Part shown: one piece after another, positions 21,079-31,190 of the stretch | How positions within the stretch are numbered: position 1 is the first letter of the stretch | How the letters are laid out: every line of letters starts with the position of its first letter | Assembly: GCA_018672235.1 (NCBI GenBank) | Contig: JABHGE010000031.1 | Span: 1-52,763, forward strand | Source of the DNA: Fidelibacterota bacterium | Lineage (GTDB): Bacteria > Fidelibacterota > Marinisomatia > Marinisomatales > Marinisomataceae | Length of the DNA: 52,763 nucleotides | Direction of reading: 5' to 3' | Position numbers and translations under genes: made by a program | Notes under the pieces: generated by a model | The model's database searches: none | What the model was told of the DNA's origin: nothing | What the model saw: only the letters and a program-made list of their open reading frames with translations

Positions 21079-21546
21079 TTATCTATTTTTCTTCCTATAC
21101 CAAAATAATAAAATAATTCCTGCTAAGTTAGGAAACCAAATTTCCGGATTTGACCAAGGAATTCCATCAAAAGAGAAATTGGAAATTGGCCATATAAGTT
21201 TTGTTGGAAAATATTCTTTAGAATGAAAAGGAAAGTCCAATAGTATATGGAATGGCCAAGCTAGCATTGGAAATGCTAAAGATTTATTAAAATAATAAAC
21301 AATTCCGATAACTAAAAATGCAGTTACAAAACTATGTAACAAATCATAATTAAAAAATAACCAAGTGGGTATAGATTCTAAGTTTGGTGGACCATCATAA
21401 GCATAATTACCTGTAAATAATTGAAGAATGATTAACAATCCAAAAGATAGTAAATCTGGCATTGCTCCGAAAAAAATAGCTAATCGAGTATATCCTGTAT
21501 ATCCGAATAGCCCTTTTCCCCAAAGAGCATGGCTCAAAGTATCCAT
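21079..21546 (-). CDS. Membrane-bound metal-dependent hydrolase-like protein (YdjM-like)
   Basis: MDTLSH, MPD, LHS, HILLD motifs with TM segments. Confidence 0.65.
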   Translation of the reverse strand: MDTLSHALWGKGLFGYTGYTRLAIFFGAMPDLLSFGLLIILQLFTGNYAYDGPPNLESIPTWLFFNYDLLHSFVTAFLVIGIVYYFNKSLAFPMLAWPFHILLDFPFHSKEYFPTKLIWPISNFSFDGIPWSNPEIWFPNLAGIILLFWYRKKNR

Positions 21547-21547
21547 T

Positions 21548-22891
21548 TTATTTTGCTAAAGATCCCATTGGATCCCACGGTTTTAAAGCAATAGCTTCTT
21601 CATTCTTATAAAGATTATATAAGTCATCAGATAGATAATCTTTATGTACAACAACTTCATAATTGTACTCATCAAACCATTTATCTGACATAATATGATA
21701 ACCTTTTTCTCCAACTTTATCGCCCCAACTATTTTCTACTCGCCATTTGATAGGTTTATCATTGGCATCTAGATCTACTCCAGTGAAAAGCATTGCATGC
21801 GTCATTTGACTTTCTCCATACTGTAGACGATCAGCTTTATTCATAGAGAATTCTGACTGATAAAAAGAATTAAAATCAAATAAATCTATATCCATGACTC
21901 CTATTTTTCTATCAAAATGCTTTCCAACATCGCAACCAAACCATACCGGATGATCATCTTTAATAGAGCTCGCTGATGCAGCTTTCATTTCTTCGCTTGT
22001 TACGTTAAGATATCGAACTGAATTTCCTTCGACAACATTTCCGAGCGCCTCAACAGTATAAACTTTTCTGTATTCCTTATCTTCCATAGGACAATTGATA
22101 AGACATACATATTCATCAAGATTTAATCCAACATGATTATCAAAAAAAGATTTAGGAGTTAAATTTTCAAAACTAATAAACTTCTTCTTCTTATCATGGG
22201 TTTGCCAATTAAATGAAGTTGGAGGTGTTCCAATATGCATTGTAAGCATCTTATAGATTTCTTCTAACATATCTGTTTTAATAGATTCTAAATCTTCTAT
22301 TGAAACGCCTTTGCCTATATTTTGACGCAAATCTTTTGCATTTTCACGAAGCTTGCGAGCAATCATTCGATTCATTGTAGCTGACTGGCTCGATGAAAAC
22401 GATTCTGACATTTCTGATTGTGGAATAACACCATACTTATCAATTAAACTAACCCACATATCCCACTGTCCACCGTCTTCAATTGGATTTGAAAGGAGGT
22501 GCATTACCATGCGACTATTCCAATCTTCAGATGCAGAATCTATAATGCATTCTAAAAAATAATTTGCCTTTTCTAGCTTATCCCAAAACATAAAATAGCT
22601 CTGAGAAAACTCAAAATTTTTCAAATTATGTTTTCTACCAATATAAAATCTGAATAAGTTTAATCCAGCGAATCCCCAGCATCTTCCACTAGATTTTTGA
22701 TTAGTAACTGGCATTTCTCCTTTTACAATATTTGAAAAAGAATGGTTTATATTTCTATAGTGATCCCAATTCATTGTTAAATCACTTAAGTCAGTACGAA
22801 TCATTGCATTTCTTACGACTTTAACATGATTATCTGATTCGTATTTTTTTTGAAATTTTTTTATTGTTTTTAATGAAATTGAATTAGCCAT
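21548..22891 (-). CDS. pepC: Aminopeptidase C / bleomycin hydrolase (C1B)
   Basis: NQKSSGRCW, FWDKLEKANYFL, THAMLFTGVD, WRVENSWG, PWDPMGSLA. Confidence 0.95.
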   Translation of the reverse strand: MANSISLKTIKKFQKKYESDNHVKVVRNAMIRTDLSDLTMNWDHYRNINHSFSNIVKGEMPVTNQKSSGRCWGFAGLNLFRFYIGRKHNLKNFEFSQSYFMFWDKLEKANYFLECIIDSASEDWNSRMVMHLLSNPIEDGGQWDMWVSLIDKYGVIPQSEMSESFSSSQSATMNRMIARKLRENAKDLRQNIGKGVSIEDLESIKTDMLEEIYKMLTMHIGTPPTSFNWQTHDKKKKFISFENLTPKSFFDNHVGLNLDEYVCLINCPMEDKEYRKVYTVEALGNVVEGNSVRYLNVTSEEMKAASASSIKDDHPVWFGCDVGKHFDRKIGVMDIDLFDFNSFYQSEFSMNKADRLQYGESQMTHAMLFTGVDLDANDKPIKWRVENSWGDKVGEKGYHIMSDKWFDEYNYEVVVHKDYLSDDLYNLYKNEEAIALKPWDPMGSLAK

Positions 22892-22912
22892 TTTTTTCCT
22901 TTTTAAAATTGG

Positions 22913-23440
22913 TTATCTATTTTTATCCCAAAATACTTCTGTAATTATATTTAAATCTTTTTCTTTTAAACTACTGGTAGTCTTAAGAATAGCAGTAAAT
23001 GCTTTAACTTCCTCTTTTGTTACTGGTGAACCTATATTGCCTCCATTAGAGTCTAGAGAATTATCTAAAACATTGCCTTCGCTATCAAATATGACCCAAA
23101 ATGGAATACCGCTTGCATCTCCCTTTAGTGAGTTATAGAAATCTACAGCACCTGGATTTTCAAGCTTCTTATTTTCTTCGGGATATTCATTCACTGCCAA
23201 GTGAACTGTAATATAATTGTCGTCAAAGAAATCTTTGCATAAATCATTAGACATATTCTTATCCATTCGCTTACACCAAGTACACCACGAAGCATCAAAC
23301 ATTAAAAAAATATTCTTATTCTCTTTCTTAGCAAGCGCATATGCGTTATTCATTACTTCATCTTTTGATGGAATAATATTTTGAGCACTAATGAGATTAA
23401 AAAAAAGTCCAAAAATAGTAAAGTAGTATATCAATCTCAT
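22913..23440 (-). CDS. Exported thioredoxin-fold protein
   Basis: Signal peptide from ATG 23440 (TAATG-coupled to nadK), ASWCTWC, GIP cis-Pro motif. Confidence 0.75.
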   Translation of the reverse strand: MRLIYYFTIFGLFFNLISAQNIIPSKDEVMNNAYALAKKENKNIFLMFDASWCTWCKRMDKNMSNDLCKDFFDDNYITVHLAVNEYPEENKKLENPGAVDFYNSLKGDASGIPFWVIFDSEGNVLDNSLDSNGGNIGSPVTKEEVKAFTAILKTTSSLKEKDLNIITEVFWDKNR

Positions 23441-24306
23441 TATGAGCCTCTTTTTCCCCAAACCATCTTTGTTTTTAATGTCTGATAGTAGTCATAGTCT
23501 TCAAAAGTGATAAATTTTAAATGATGTTTTGCTTGTGATATTGTTACTGTTGAATTGTTAGTAAAATTTTCAATATTTTGGCCATCAGAAATCAGCTTTA
23601 GTTCTTTTTCTGAGTCACCATTAAATCTAAACTCTATATCAACATCTGCTGGCAAAACTAATGGTCGTGATGTTAAAGAGTGTGGAGCAATTGGAGTAAC
23701 TATAATAGAAAATACATCTGGTTGAACAATTGGACCTCCAGAAGATAAAGAATATGCAGTGGAACCCGTAGGAGTACTAATAATAATACCATCTGACTTA
23801 TAGTCGCTTACATGTTTTCCATCAATATATAAAGATAAAGAAGTTACTCTGTAGGCTGTCTCATTTTGGACAACAAAATCATTAATTGCAAAATGAGATT
23901 TGCTACCATTAGAAATCTTGGCATTTAGAACTAATCTTTCTTGAGTTTGAGATTCACCATCTTTAATCATATTTAACTTTTCAGTTAGTTCCTTAGGTGT
24001 GATCTGTGCAAGAAATCCTAATCCTCCAATATGAACTCCTAGAACAGGTACAGTAGGCTTGCTAAAAATTCTTACTCCAGCAATAAGGGTACCATCACCA
24101 CCTAGACATAATAAAAAATCAACATTAGGTGGATTAGAAGGGTCATAAACATTAGGATGGTTGGGAGCAATTTTTAGGTGCTCTAAGCTATTAGGCAAAA
24201 ATAATTTTATATCATTATTTTTTGCCCATAACATAACTTCATGGACCAATCCTGGAACTTCTTTTTTTCCAGGATTTGCCCAAATAGCAAAACTTTTCGG
24301 TTTCAT
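23440..24306 (-). CDS. nadK: NAD+ kinase
   Basis: GGDGT, GGLGFL, IND, DGIIISTPTGSTAYSLSSGGP. Confidence 0.95.
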   Translation of the reverse strand: MKPKSFAIWANPGKKEVPGLVHEVMLWAKNNDIKLFLPNSLEHLKIAPNHPNVYDPSNPPNVDFLLCLGGDGTLIAGVRIFSKPTVPVLGVHIGGLGFLAQITPKELTEKLNMIKDGESQTQERLVLNAKISNGSKSHFAINDFVVQNETAYRVTSLSLYIDGKHVSDYKSDGIIISTPTGSTAYSLSSGGPIVQPDVFSIIVTPIAPHSLTSRPLVLPADVDIEFRFNGDSEKELKLISDGQNIENFTNNSTVTISQAKHHLKFITFEDYDYYQTLKTKMVWGKRGS

Positions 24307-24311
24307 TTTAG

Positions 24312-24407
24312 TTATTTATTTTTTTTCTTATGTCTGTCTGCACGCAAACGTTTTTTACGTTTATGTGTATTCATTTTTCTTTTTTTTCTTTTTTTACCGC
24401 AAGGCAT
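24312..24407 (-). CDS. Small basic ribosomal protein bS22 (AURKAIP1/COX24/mS38 family)
   Basis: MPCGKKRKKRKMNTHKRKKRLRADRHKKKNK with an upstream AGGAG. Not in ORF track. Confidence 0.85.
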   Translation of the reverse strand: MPCGKKRKKRKMNTHKRKKRLRADRHKKKNK

Positions 24408-24420
24408 CAATTGCTCCTAT

Positions 24421-24711
24421 TTAATAATCAATTAGTTTATCGTTTACAGTTGTTTTCATTCGTTTGGAAGGTTTAAATACCGGAACATATCTTTCTGGTA
24501 AATAAACAGGATCTCCCGTTTTTGGATTACGTGCTTTCTTTGGCAATCTATGCTTGACTGCAAACGTTCCAAATCCTCTTAATTCAATTTTTTCATTTTT
24601 ACTTAATGTCATAATAATTTCGCTAAATGATGCATTAATAACAGCTTCAACTTCCAGCTTTGTTAATCCTGTTTTTTCTGAAACGTTGTCTACTATATCT
24701 TGTTTAATCAT
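24421..24711 (-). CDS. HU/IHF family DNA-binding protein
   Basis: ELRGFGTF, ARNPKTG, VPVFKPS. Confidence 0.92.
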   Translation of the reverse strand: MIKQDIVDNVSEKTGLTKLEVEAVINASFSEIIMTLSKNEKIELRGFGTFAVKHRLPKKARNPKTGDPVYLPERYVPVFKPSKRMKTTVNDKLIDY

Positions 24712-24734
24712 ACTATCAATTCTCCATTAAAATT

Positions 24735-26492
24735 TTATTTTACAAATAAAGTTAGTTTTTGACCGGGATAAATTCTAGAAGAATTAACTCTCATACTATT
24801 CCACTCCCTGATCTTACTTACTTCTAAATTATACTTATTGGCTATTCCACCTAAGGTATCACCAGACTTGACAATATAAACATTTTTACTTGGAGTGTCC
24901 TTATCTGGTTTCTTATTTACAAATAATGATAATTTCTGATTAGGATATATACCAGAAGTATTTCCCATATTATTCCATTTTCTAATTTCAGCAGCTCTAG
25001 TATTATATTTTTCTGCAATATGGCCTAAAGTATCTCCACTTTTGACCTTATATATAATTTTTTCTGGGTAATTAGAATATACCCCACCTTTGACTGGAAT
25101 TTTTAAACGCTGACCAATAGACAATTTATTAATATTACTAATATTATTAATAGTCTGTAAATCTGCAACAGATACACGATACTTAGAAGCAATAGATATA
25201 AAATTTTCTCCCTTTCTAACGCGATGTTCTATCTTCTGGACAGCAAATTTTTGCTCATCTGGCAAAGCATTGAACTTCTTATAAAAACTATCTTTTTTTC
25301 CATATGGTATATTTAATGTGTATGAACCATTTGATGGTGTTGCTGGTTGTCTTAATTCAGGATTAAGGCGCTGAATCGTACTACGTTTTGTATCAGCAGC
25401 CTTTGCAATCACAGTTAAATCTGCACTTTTTTCAATAGTCACTTTATCATATCTTAGTGTATTTGATTTGGGCATCTTAAATCCATATTTTGCTGGATCT
25501 TTTAAAATAATTGCAGAAGATAAAAAGTAAGGTATATAGTTTTTAGTATCTTTTGGAAGAGAATATAATTGCCAATAATCAGATGTTTCGTGAAGTTTCA
25601 ATGCGCGATTTAATCTTCCTGGCCCTGTATTGTAGGCAGCTAATACTAAATACCAATCATCAAATTCTTTATATAGGGCTTTAAAGTACTTAGCTGCTGC
25701 TTCTGTAGACTTTATAGGGTCTTGACGCTCATCAATATACCAATTTCTCTCTAATCCATATTGCTTACCTGTAGAATACATAAATTGCCACAACCCTACT
25801 GCCTTAGCTCTCGATACTGCTTTTGGATCAAGTCCAGATTCAATCATAGAAACAACCAACAGCTCTTCAGGTAGATTGTTTTCTTCTAAAATTGGCAACA
25901 TTAGATCTCTATACTGAACATATCTCCTAAGCCAAATATTAAATCCTTTACGACCTTTACCTTGAAAATATCTAATATAGCTTTCAACCTGTGAATTCAT
26001 CACAAGCGGAATATGTCCCTCAGTATCATCGATAATAGTGAATTTAGTTGTACCCATCACTACTGCTTCATTTTCATTTGTTATTGAAGCAATATCTCTA
26101 CGAATTAAGTCTGCTGTCAAAAATTGAGTTGAACTATCTATTGTACTTAATCGTGTAGTATAAATTTGAATAAAATCAGATTGAAATTTTTCAAATTCTA
26201 TTTTATCTAATTCTTCTCTTACTCCTAATTGTTCCACATCTGACAATAAATCAAAAATTCTTTTAATGTTATAAACGACCTCTACAGTATCCTGATTTAC
26301 ATCAGCAATCACAGCATCTGACAAAAACTGTTTTGCTTCATTTAGAATAGATGTAATTCGATTACCATTTCCCAAAAATGCTGCATCGCTAGTGTTCATG
26401 AATGGTTTTCTTGGTTTTGAATCAGCAGAGTCTTGAGCTAAGCTGTAGCCTGCAAATAGTACTAATATTATATATGATTTAAGCAATCTCAT
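24735..26492 (-). CDS. mltD: Lytic transglycosylase with three LysM domains
   Basis: IESG, AVGLWQFM, AAYNTG; LysM repeats HRVRKGEN, YKVKSGDTL, YIVKSGDTL. Confidence 0.88.
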   Translation of the reverse strand: MRLLKSYIILVLFAGYSLAQDSADSKPRKPFMNTSDAAFLGNGNRITSILNEAKQFLSDAVIADVNQDTVEVVYNIKRIFDLLSDVEQLGVREELDKIEFEKFQSDFIQIYTTRLSTIDSSTQFLTADLIRRDIASITNENEAVVMGTTKFTIIDDTEGHIPLVMNSQVESYIRYFQGKGRKGFNIWLRRYVQYRDLMLPILEENNLPEELLVVSMIESGLDPKAVSRAKAVGLWQFMYSTGKQYGLERNWYIDERQDPIKSTEAAAKYFKALYKEFDDWYLVLAAYNTGPGRLNRALKLHETSDYWQLYSLPKDTKNYIPYFLSSAIILKDPAKYGFKMPKSNTLRYDKVTIEKSADLTVIAKAADTKRSTIQRLNPELRQPATPSNGSYTLNIPYGKKDSFYKKFNALPDEQKFAVQKIEHRVRKGENFISIASKYRVSVADLQTINNISNINKLSIGQRLKIPVKGGVYSNYPEKIIYKVKSGDTLGHIAEKYNTRAAEIRKWNNMGNTSGIYPNQKLSLFVNKKPDKDTPSKNVYIVKSGDTLGGIANKYNLEVSKIREWNSMRVNSSRIYPGQKLTLFVK

Positions 26493-26531
26493 AAGGATGG
26501 GAAATTATCTGTAAAGTAAGTCAGAATCAAG

Positions 26532-27005
26532 TTAGTGTTTTTTTATTTTATCGATATAATTAGTTGAGCTATATCCATCATGAAATTTTAATAATTTTAC
26601 TTTTCCGCCAGCACTAATTACTTCATTTGATCCTACTACATTATCTACTGTATAATCTCCACCCTTAACTAAAATATCTGGCATAATTAATTTAACTAGC
26701 TCTAATGGAGTTTGTTCCTCAAAACTAATAACATAATCTACAAACTTTATTTCTGATAGTATCGATACTCGATCTGATAAAGAATTAACTGGTCTTAATG
26801 GGCCTTTTAATTTTTTTACTGATTTATCAGAATTAATACCAATCACCAATATATCTCCCAGAGATCTTGCCTCTTTTAAATATCTAATATGTCCTACATG
26901 TAGAATATCAAAGCATCCATTCGTAAATACAATTTTTTTACCATCATTTTTATAATTTCTAATGGCATCGAAAATATTATCTGGTTGATATTGACTATTG
27001 CTCAT
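26532..27005 (-). CDS. rfaE2: D-glycero-beta-D-manno-heptose 1-phosphate adenylyltransferase
   Basis: FTNGCFDILHVGH, GINSDKSV, LVKGGDY, SST. Confidence 0.9.
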   Translation of the reverse strand: MSNSQYQPDNIFDAIRNYKNDGKKIVFTNGCFDILHVGHIRYLKEARSLGDILVIGINSDKSVKKLKGPLRPVNSLSDRVSILSEIKFVDYVISFEEQTPLELVKLIMPDILVKGGDYTVDNVVGSNEVISAGGKVKLLKFHDGYSSTNYIDKIKKH

Positions 27006-27699
27006 TTGCTAATTTAATAATTTCATTTCTAATACTCATTGTAATCTTATTACGATCCTCATAAGAACTATTTTTTGTATCGATAGGGTCACCAAATATA
27101 ATCTTTATTATATTTAAATCTTTTGAAAAGAAACTCTTTTTCCACCAACTATACGACCCAGTAATAGCAACAGGAATAATTGACATTCCCGTATTAATTC
27201 CGAATATTGCAGCTCCTTTTTTAAAATCTTGTAACTCTCCATCTCGAGATCTTGTTCCTTCGGGAAAAATAGCTACTGATCTAGGAGATTGATCCATATC
27301 AGATCTCAGTTTTTCTAATGACTCAATAGCATCTTTATTATTTTTACGATCAACAAGTACAAACCCTGCTACCTTAATAATTGTTTTAAATATAGGAATT
27401 CTACCTAGCTCTTTTTTGGCTACAAAAACTAAGTATCTATTTACTGCTACAAACAATAAAGGTATATCCATTACGGATGAATGATTTGGCGCAAAAATAT
27501 AATTTTTATCAGGTTGCAAATTTTCTCTGCCTATAACCTCAAGCTTAATTCTCATAATCTTTCCTAATGTCTTACCCCATTGAATACCATAATACTTGAA
27601 ATTGCTTTTCTTCTTTGATAGTAAAATAGAAAACATTGATCTTAAGCCATAAAAAAAGGTCCATATAAAAAGGTTGCTATAGACCCAAAAAAATTTCAA
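26995..27699 (-). CDS. plsC: 1-acyl-sn-glycerol-3-phosphate acyltransferase
   Basis: NHSSVMD, FPEGTRS, IIPV. Confidence 0.88.
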   Translation of the reverse strand: MKFFWVYSNLFIWTFFYGLRSMFSILLSKKKSNFKYYGIQWGKTLGKIMRIKLEVIGRENLQPDKNYIFAPNHSSVMDIPLLFVAVNRYLVFVAKKELGRIPIFKTIIKVAGFVLVDRKNNKDAIESLEKLRSDMDQSPRSVAIFPEGTRSRDGELQDFKKGAAIFGINTGMSIIPVAITGSYSWWKKSFFSKDLNIIKIIFGDPIDTKNSSYEDRNKITMSIRNEIIKLANEQ

Positions 27700-28965
27700 T
27701 TATTTAATCTCCGCCAAGCCCATATAGGGTTGCAGAGCTACTGGAATTTTAATTGAACCATCTTGGTTTTGATGTGTCTCTAATAGTGCAGCAAAAATTC
27801 TCGGCGTTGCAAGACCTGAACCATTTAATGTATGTAAATAATCAACTTTTCCATCTTCATCTCTAAATCTAATATTTCCTCTTCTAGATTGGAAATCTTC
27901 AAAATTGCTACATGATGATACTTCTAACCATTTTTCTTCACCTGGCGCCCAAACTTCTAAGTCGTAACATTTTGCTGCAGAAAAACCTAAGTCTCCGCTA
28001 CATAACTCTACAACTCTATAATCTAGTTCTAGTAAGTCTAATAGCTTTGTAGCTTGCCCAACTAAAGATTCTAGCTCATCATATGAAGATTCTGGACGAA
28101 CGAATTTTACTAATTCAACTTTATTAAATTGATGAACTCTTAATAGTCCTCTTGTGTCTTTTCCGTAAGAACCAGCCTCTCTTCTAAAGCATGCAGAGTA
28201 AGCTAAATAATATTTTGGTAGATCAATTAATTCTAAGATATCATCTTGATGAATATTAGTTAATGGAACTTCTGCGGTAGGAATTAAATATAGCCCATCT
28301 TTTTCAATATGATACATATCTTCCTCAAATTTTGGTAATTGACCTGTAGTAATAGCAGAGTTTGGCTTTACTAAAAATGGAGTAAAAAATTCAGTATAAT
28401 TATAATTTTTTAAATGAAAATCTATCATGAAATTAATCAATGCTCTCTCAAGTAATGCTCCATTTCCTTTATAAAGAGGAAAGCCTGCTCCTGAAATTTT
28501 TGCTCCTACTTCAAAATCAATTAAATCAAGATCTTGAGCGAGATCAACATGGCTTTTAGGTTTACAGTCAAGCTTCTTCTTTGAAACACAATCTTTCACT
28601 ATGATATTTTCTTTTTCTGATTTTCCAACAGGAACTGATTTATGAGGTATATTTGGAATATCAAGTAACATATCTTTTAATTTTTTAGACCTTTCTCGGT
28701 GTTCAGCTTCTAAGTCTTTAATAGTATTTGATAGTTTTTTTAATTTTGCAAAAATAGAGTCATCAGATTTGCCTTGAGACTTTAAAATTCCAATCTCTTT
28801 CGATTGTTTATTTTGCTCTGATTGTAAATCATTAAGCTTTTTTGTCAGCTCTCTTGAATTAATATCAGCTTCTATAATCTTTTTTAAGCTGATAGATTGA
28901 TCTCTGTTCTTTAGATGCTTCTCTAATGAAGAGTGATGCTCTCTTATATTTTTTATATCTATCAT
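27700..28965 (-). CDS. serS: Serine--tRNA ligase
   Basis: N-terminal coiled coil, PTAEVP, FRREAGSYGKDTRG, HTLNGSGLA. Confidence 0.97.
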   Translation of the reverse strand: MIDIKNIREHHSSLEKHLKNRDQSISLKKIIEADINSRELTKKLNDLQSEQNKQSKEIGILKSQGKSDDSIFAKLKKLSNTIKDLEAEHRERSKKLKDMLLDIPNIPHKSVPVGKSEKENIIVKDCVSKKKLDCKPKSHVDLAQDLDLIDFEVGAKISGAGFPLYKGNGALLERALINFMIDFHLKNYNYTEFFTPFLVKPNSAITTGQLPKFEEDMYHIEKDGLYLIPTAEVPLTNIHQDDILELIDLPKYYLAYSACFRREAGSYGKDTRGLLRVHQFNKVELVKFVRPESSYDELESLVGQATKLLDLLELDYRVVELCSGDLGFSAAKCYDLEVWAPGEEKWLEVSSCSNFEDFQSRRGNIRFRDEDGKVDYLHTLNGSGLATPRIFAALLETHQNQDGSIKIPVALQPYMGLAEIK

Positions 28966-28968
28966 ATA

Positions 28969-30213
28969 TTATAATTTAGTTAATTCTTCTAAGATATTAA
29001 AATTAATCATTTGTATGGTAAAATTATCTTTATCAATTATTTTAATTTCATAATCTCCGAAATCTAAAATTTTGAATTGATTAAAATAGTAATTTGATAT
29101 AGGATTTAAGTATAGTTGTTCTTTTTTTATAGACACTCCATTTTTATAAAGATGTGCTGTAAAATCTCTTCTATCGCTATCGACGCGATTTGCAAAACCA
29201 TATATAAATACTGACTCATTAATATGATAATTTGCATTACCTAGCAAGAAAGAATATTTCAAATCTTTTTTCTTAGATACCCATTCAATTGCTTCCTCAA
29301 AATATGTATCCTCTCCACTCAATACTTGTTTATAAAAAAATTCATCATTTATGAATACAGATTTAAAATGATTTTTAGTAAAAAAAGTTTTTTTAGCGAC
29401 ATTTTTTAATTCGCTTTCTGTCGTAAAATTCAATCCAAATAAAGGTCCCATTTTGACAAATGAATTTATGTCCTGCGTATCTCCTTTAAACATCACGAGG
29501 GAAGTATTTTCTGAGTAAATTTTCTTTATAAACAGATTAAACCATCGATCTGAAACGGGTATTTCAGGAAAATTATCAAAGATAACTAAATCATATTTTT
29601 TAAACCAAAATTCTTCAAAATTATGAGTGTAACTATCTAGCTCAGGAAAAAAATGATCAAAATTATTATCTATTTTACTAATTATAGCTTTAGAATTATA
29701 ATTGAGAGTACCGCTAATAAGAGCAACATTAAGCTTTTCGGTCTTGAGGCTCGTAGTAACACTATATCTATTATTAGATATATTATTTTCTAATTTTAGG
29801 CTAGAAATTTTTATATCAAATACTTTATTAAAATCAATATCATCCTTAACAAGAAATGACTGAAAATAAGTACGCTTGTCGCTACGTAATTTTATTTTAT
29901 CTGACGCTATTAACTTTCCGCCGTTAGATAGAGTAATTTGAGTGAATTCATTACCATTTTGATTATTAATTTCGATATCAATATAAATAGATCTTTTGTC
30001 AAACAAATTTGGATATACGATAACATTTTTTATAGCTATATCTACTATATCTTCTGAAATTTTTGATTCAATAGTTTCTGGAATTATAGTATCTGAAATA
30101 ATATCAGTTTCATCGGCAAAAAAGAAAAGGGGGAATGAGTTAACGTAAATTGCTGAACCTATAGCAACGACAATGGGCATCCATAATAAAAATATCTTAT
30201 ATTTATTTTTCAT
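28969..30213 (-). CDS. Hypothetical protein with N-terminal TM/signal segment
   Basis: 414-aa ORF tightly packed between tsaD and serS; no motif recognised. Confidence 0.6.
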   Translation of the reverse strand: MKNKYKIFLLWMPIVVAIGSAIYVNSFPLFFFADETDIISDTIIPETIESKISEDIVDIAIKNVIVYPNLFDKRSIYIDIEINNQNGNEFTQITLSNGGKLIASDKIKLRSDKRTYFQSFLVKDDIDFNKVFDIKISSLKLENNISNNRYSVTTSLKTEKLNVALISGTLNYNSKAIISKIDNNFDHFFPELDSYTHNFEEFWFKKYDLVIFDNFPEIPVSDRWFNLFIKKIYSENTSLVMFKGDTQDINSFVKMGPLFGLNFTTESELKNVAKKTFFTKNHFKSVFINDEFFYKQVLSGEDTYFEEAIEWVSKKKDLKYSFLLGNANYHINESVFIYGFANRVDSDRRDFTAHLYKNGVSIKKEQLYLNPISNYYFNQFKILDFGDYEIKIIDKDNFTIQMINFNILEELTKL

Positions 30214-30215
30214 TA

Positions 30216-31190
30216 TTAAACAATCATACCTCTAGAATAAGCAGAAAAATTGATACCAATTTTAGCTGAATTATTATTTATCTTTTTTTCTCCTAGAAAC
30301 GCTATCATATCAGCATTATCTGTACAATACTTTAAGGATGGAAAAATAATAGTTTTATCTAGCGCATTTAACTTCTCTCTTAATCGTTGATTTGCAGCGA
30401 CTCCACCACAAACTATACCAATATTAATATTTAAATCATCCATAGAGTTTTTTAATTTTCCTAACAGACAATCCACGATAGCTTCTTGATAGCTGGCGGC
30501 GACATCGCTTAGATTATATTTATCCTTATTGACGCAATTAATTAAAGATGTTTTAAGTCCACTAAAACTGAAATTATAAGTTCCATCATTAATTATAGGG
30601 CGTGGAAAATTTATTAATTCTCTATCGCCTTTCATGGCTAATTTTTCTATTTCAGGTCCGCCAGGATAATTTAATCCTAACGTTTTAGCTCCTTTATCAA
30701 ATGCTTCCCCACATGCATCATCTAAAGTCTCACCTAGCAAAGTATATTCAAATAAATCTTTGACAAGCCATATTTGTGTATGACCGCCTGAAACAAGCAA
30801 ATTAATAAATGGCGGATCTAGTGCCTCAAACTCAATAAATGCTGAATTCAAGTGTGCTTCTAAGTGATTAATGGGTATAATAGGAATATCTAGACCTTGC
30901 GATATACCTTTAGCAAAAGAAATCCCTGACAATAAAGATCCCATCAATCCTGGACCGCTTGTCACTGCAATTGCTTCTAAATCAGAGTATTGTAATTTAG
31001 AATCTTTAAGGACCTTTTCAGTAATTTCAGGTAAAAATTTTTCATGTTCTCTTGATGCAATTTCTGGGACTACTCCACCAAACTTTGTATGGATTGACTG
31101 AGTCTTAGTGTAGCTTGCAATAATTTTTGAATTGTCACATATCGCAACACCAGTTTCGTCGCAAGATGTTTCTATTCCTAGAACGATCAA
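30216..31190 (-). CDS. tsaD: tRNA N6-threonylcarbamoyltransferase
   Basis: LGIETSCDET, GGVVPEIASREH, HLEAH, VSGGHT, FSFSGLKT, TDNA. Likely TTG start at 31190 overlapping the upstream TGA. Confidence 0.95.
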   Translation of the reverse strand: MIVLGIETSCDETGVAICDNSKIIASYTKTQSIHTKFGGVVPEIASREHEKFLPEITEKVLKDSKLQYSDLEAIAVTSGPGLMGSLLSGISFAKGISQGLDIPIIPINHLEAHLNSAFIEFEALDPPFINLLVSGGHTQIWLVKDLFEYTLLGETLDDACGEAFDKGAKTLGLNYPGGPEIEKLAMKGDRELINFPRPIINDGTYNFSFSGLKTSLINCVNKDKYNLSDVAASYQEAIVDCLLGKLKNSMDDLNINIGIVCGGVAANQRLREKLNALDKTIIFPSLKYCTDNADMIAFLGEKKINNNSAKIGINFSAYSRGMIV

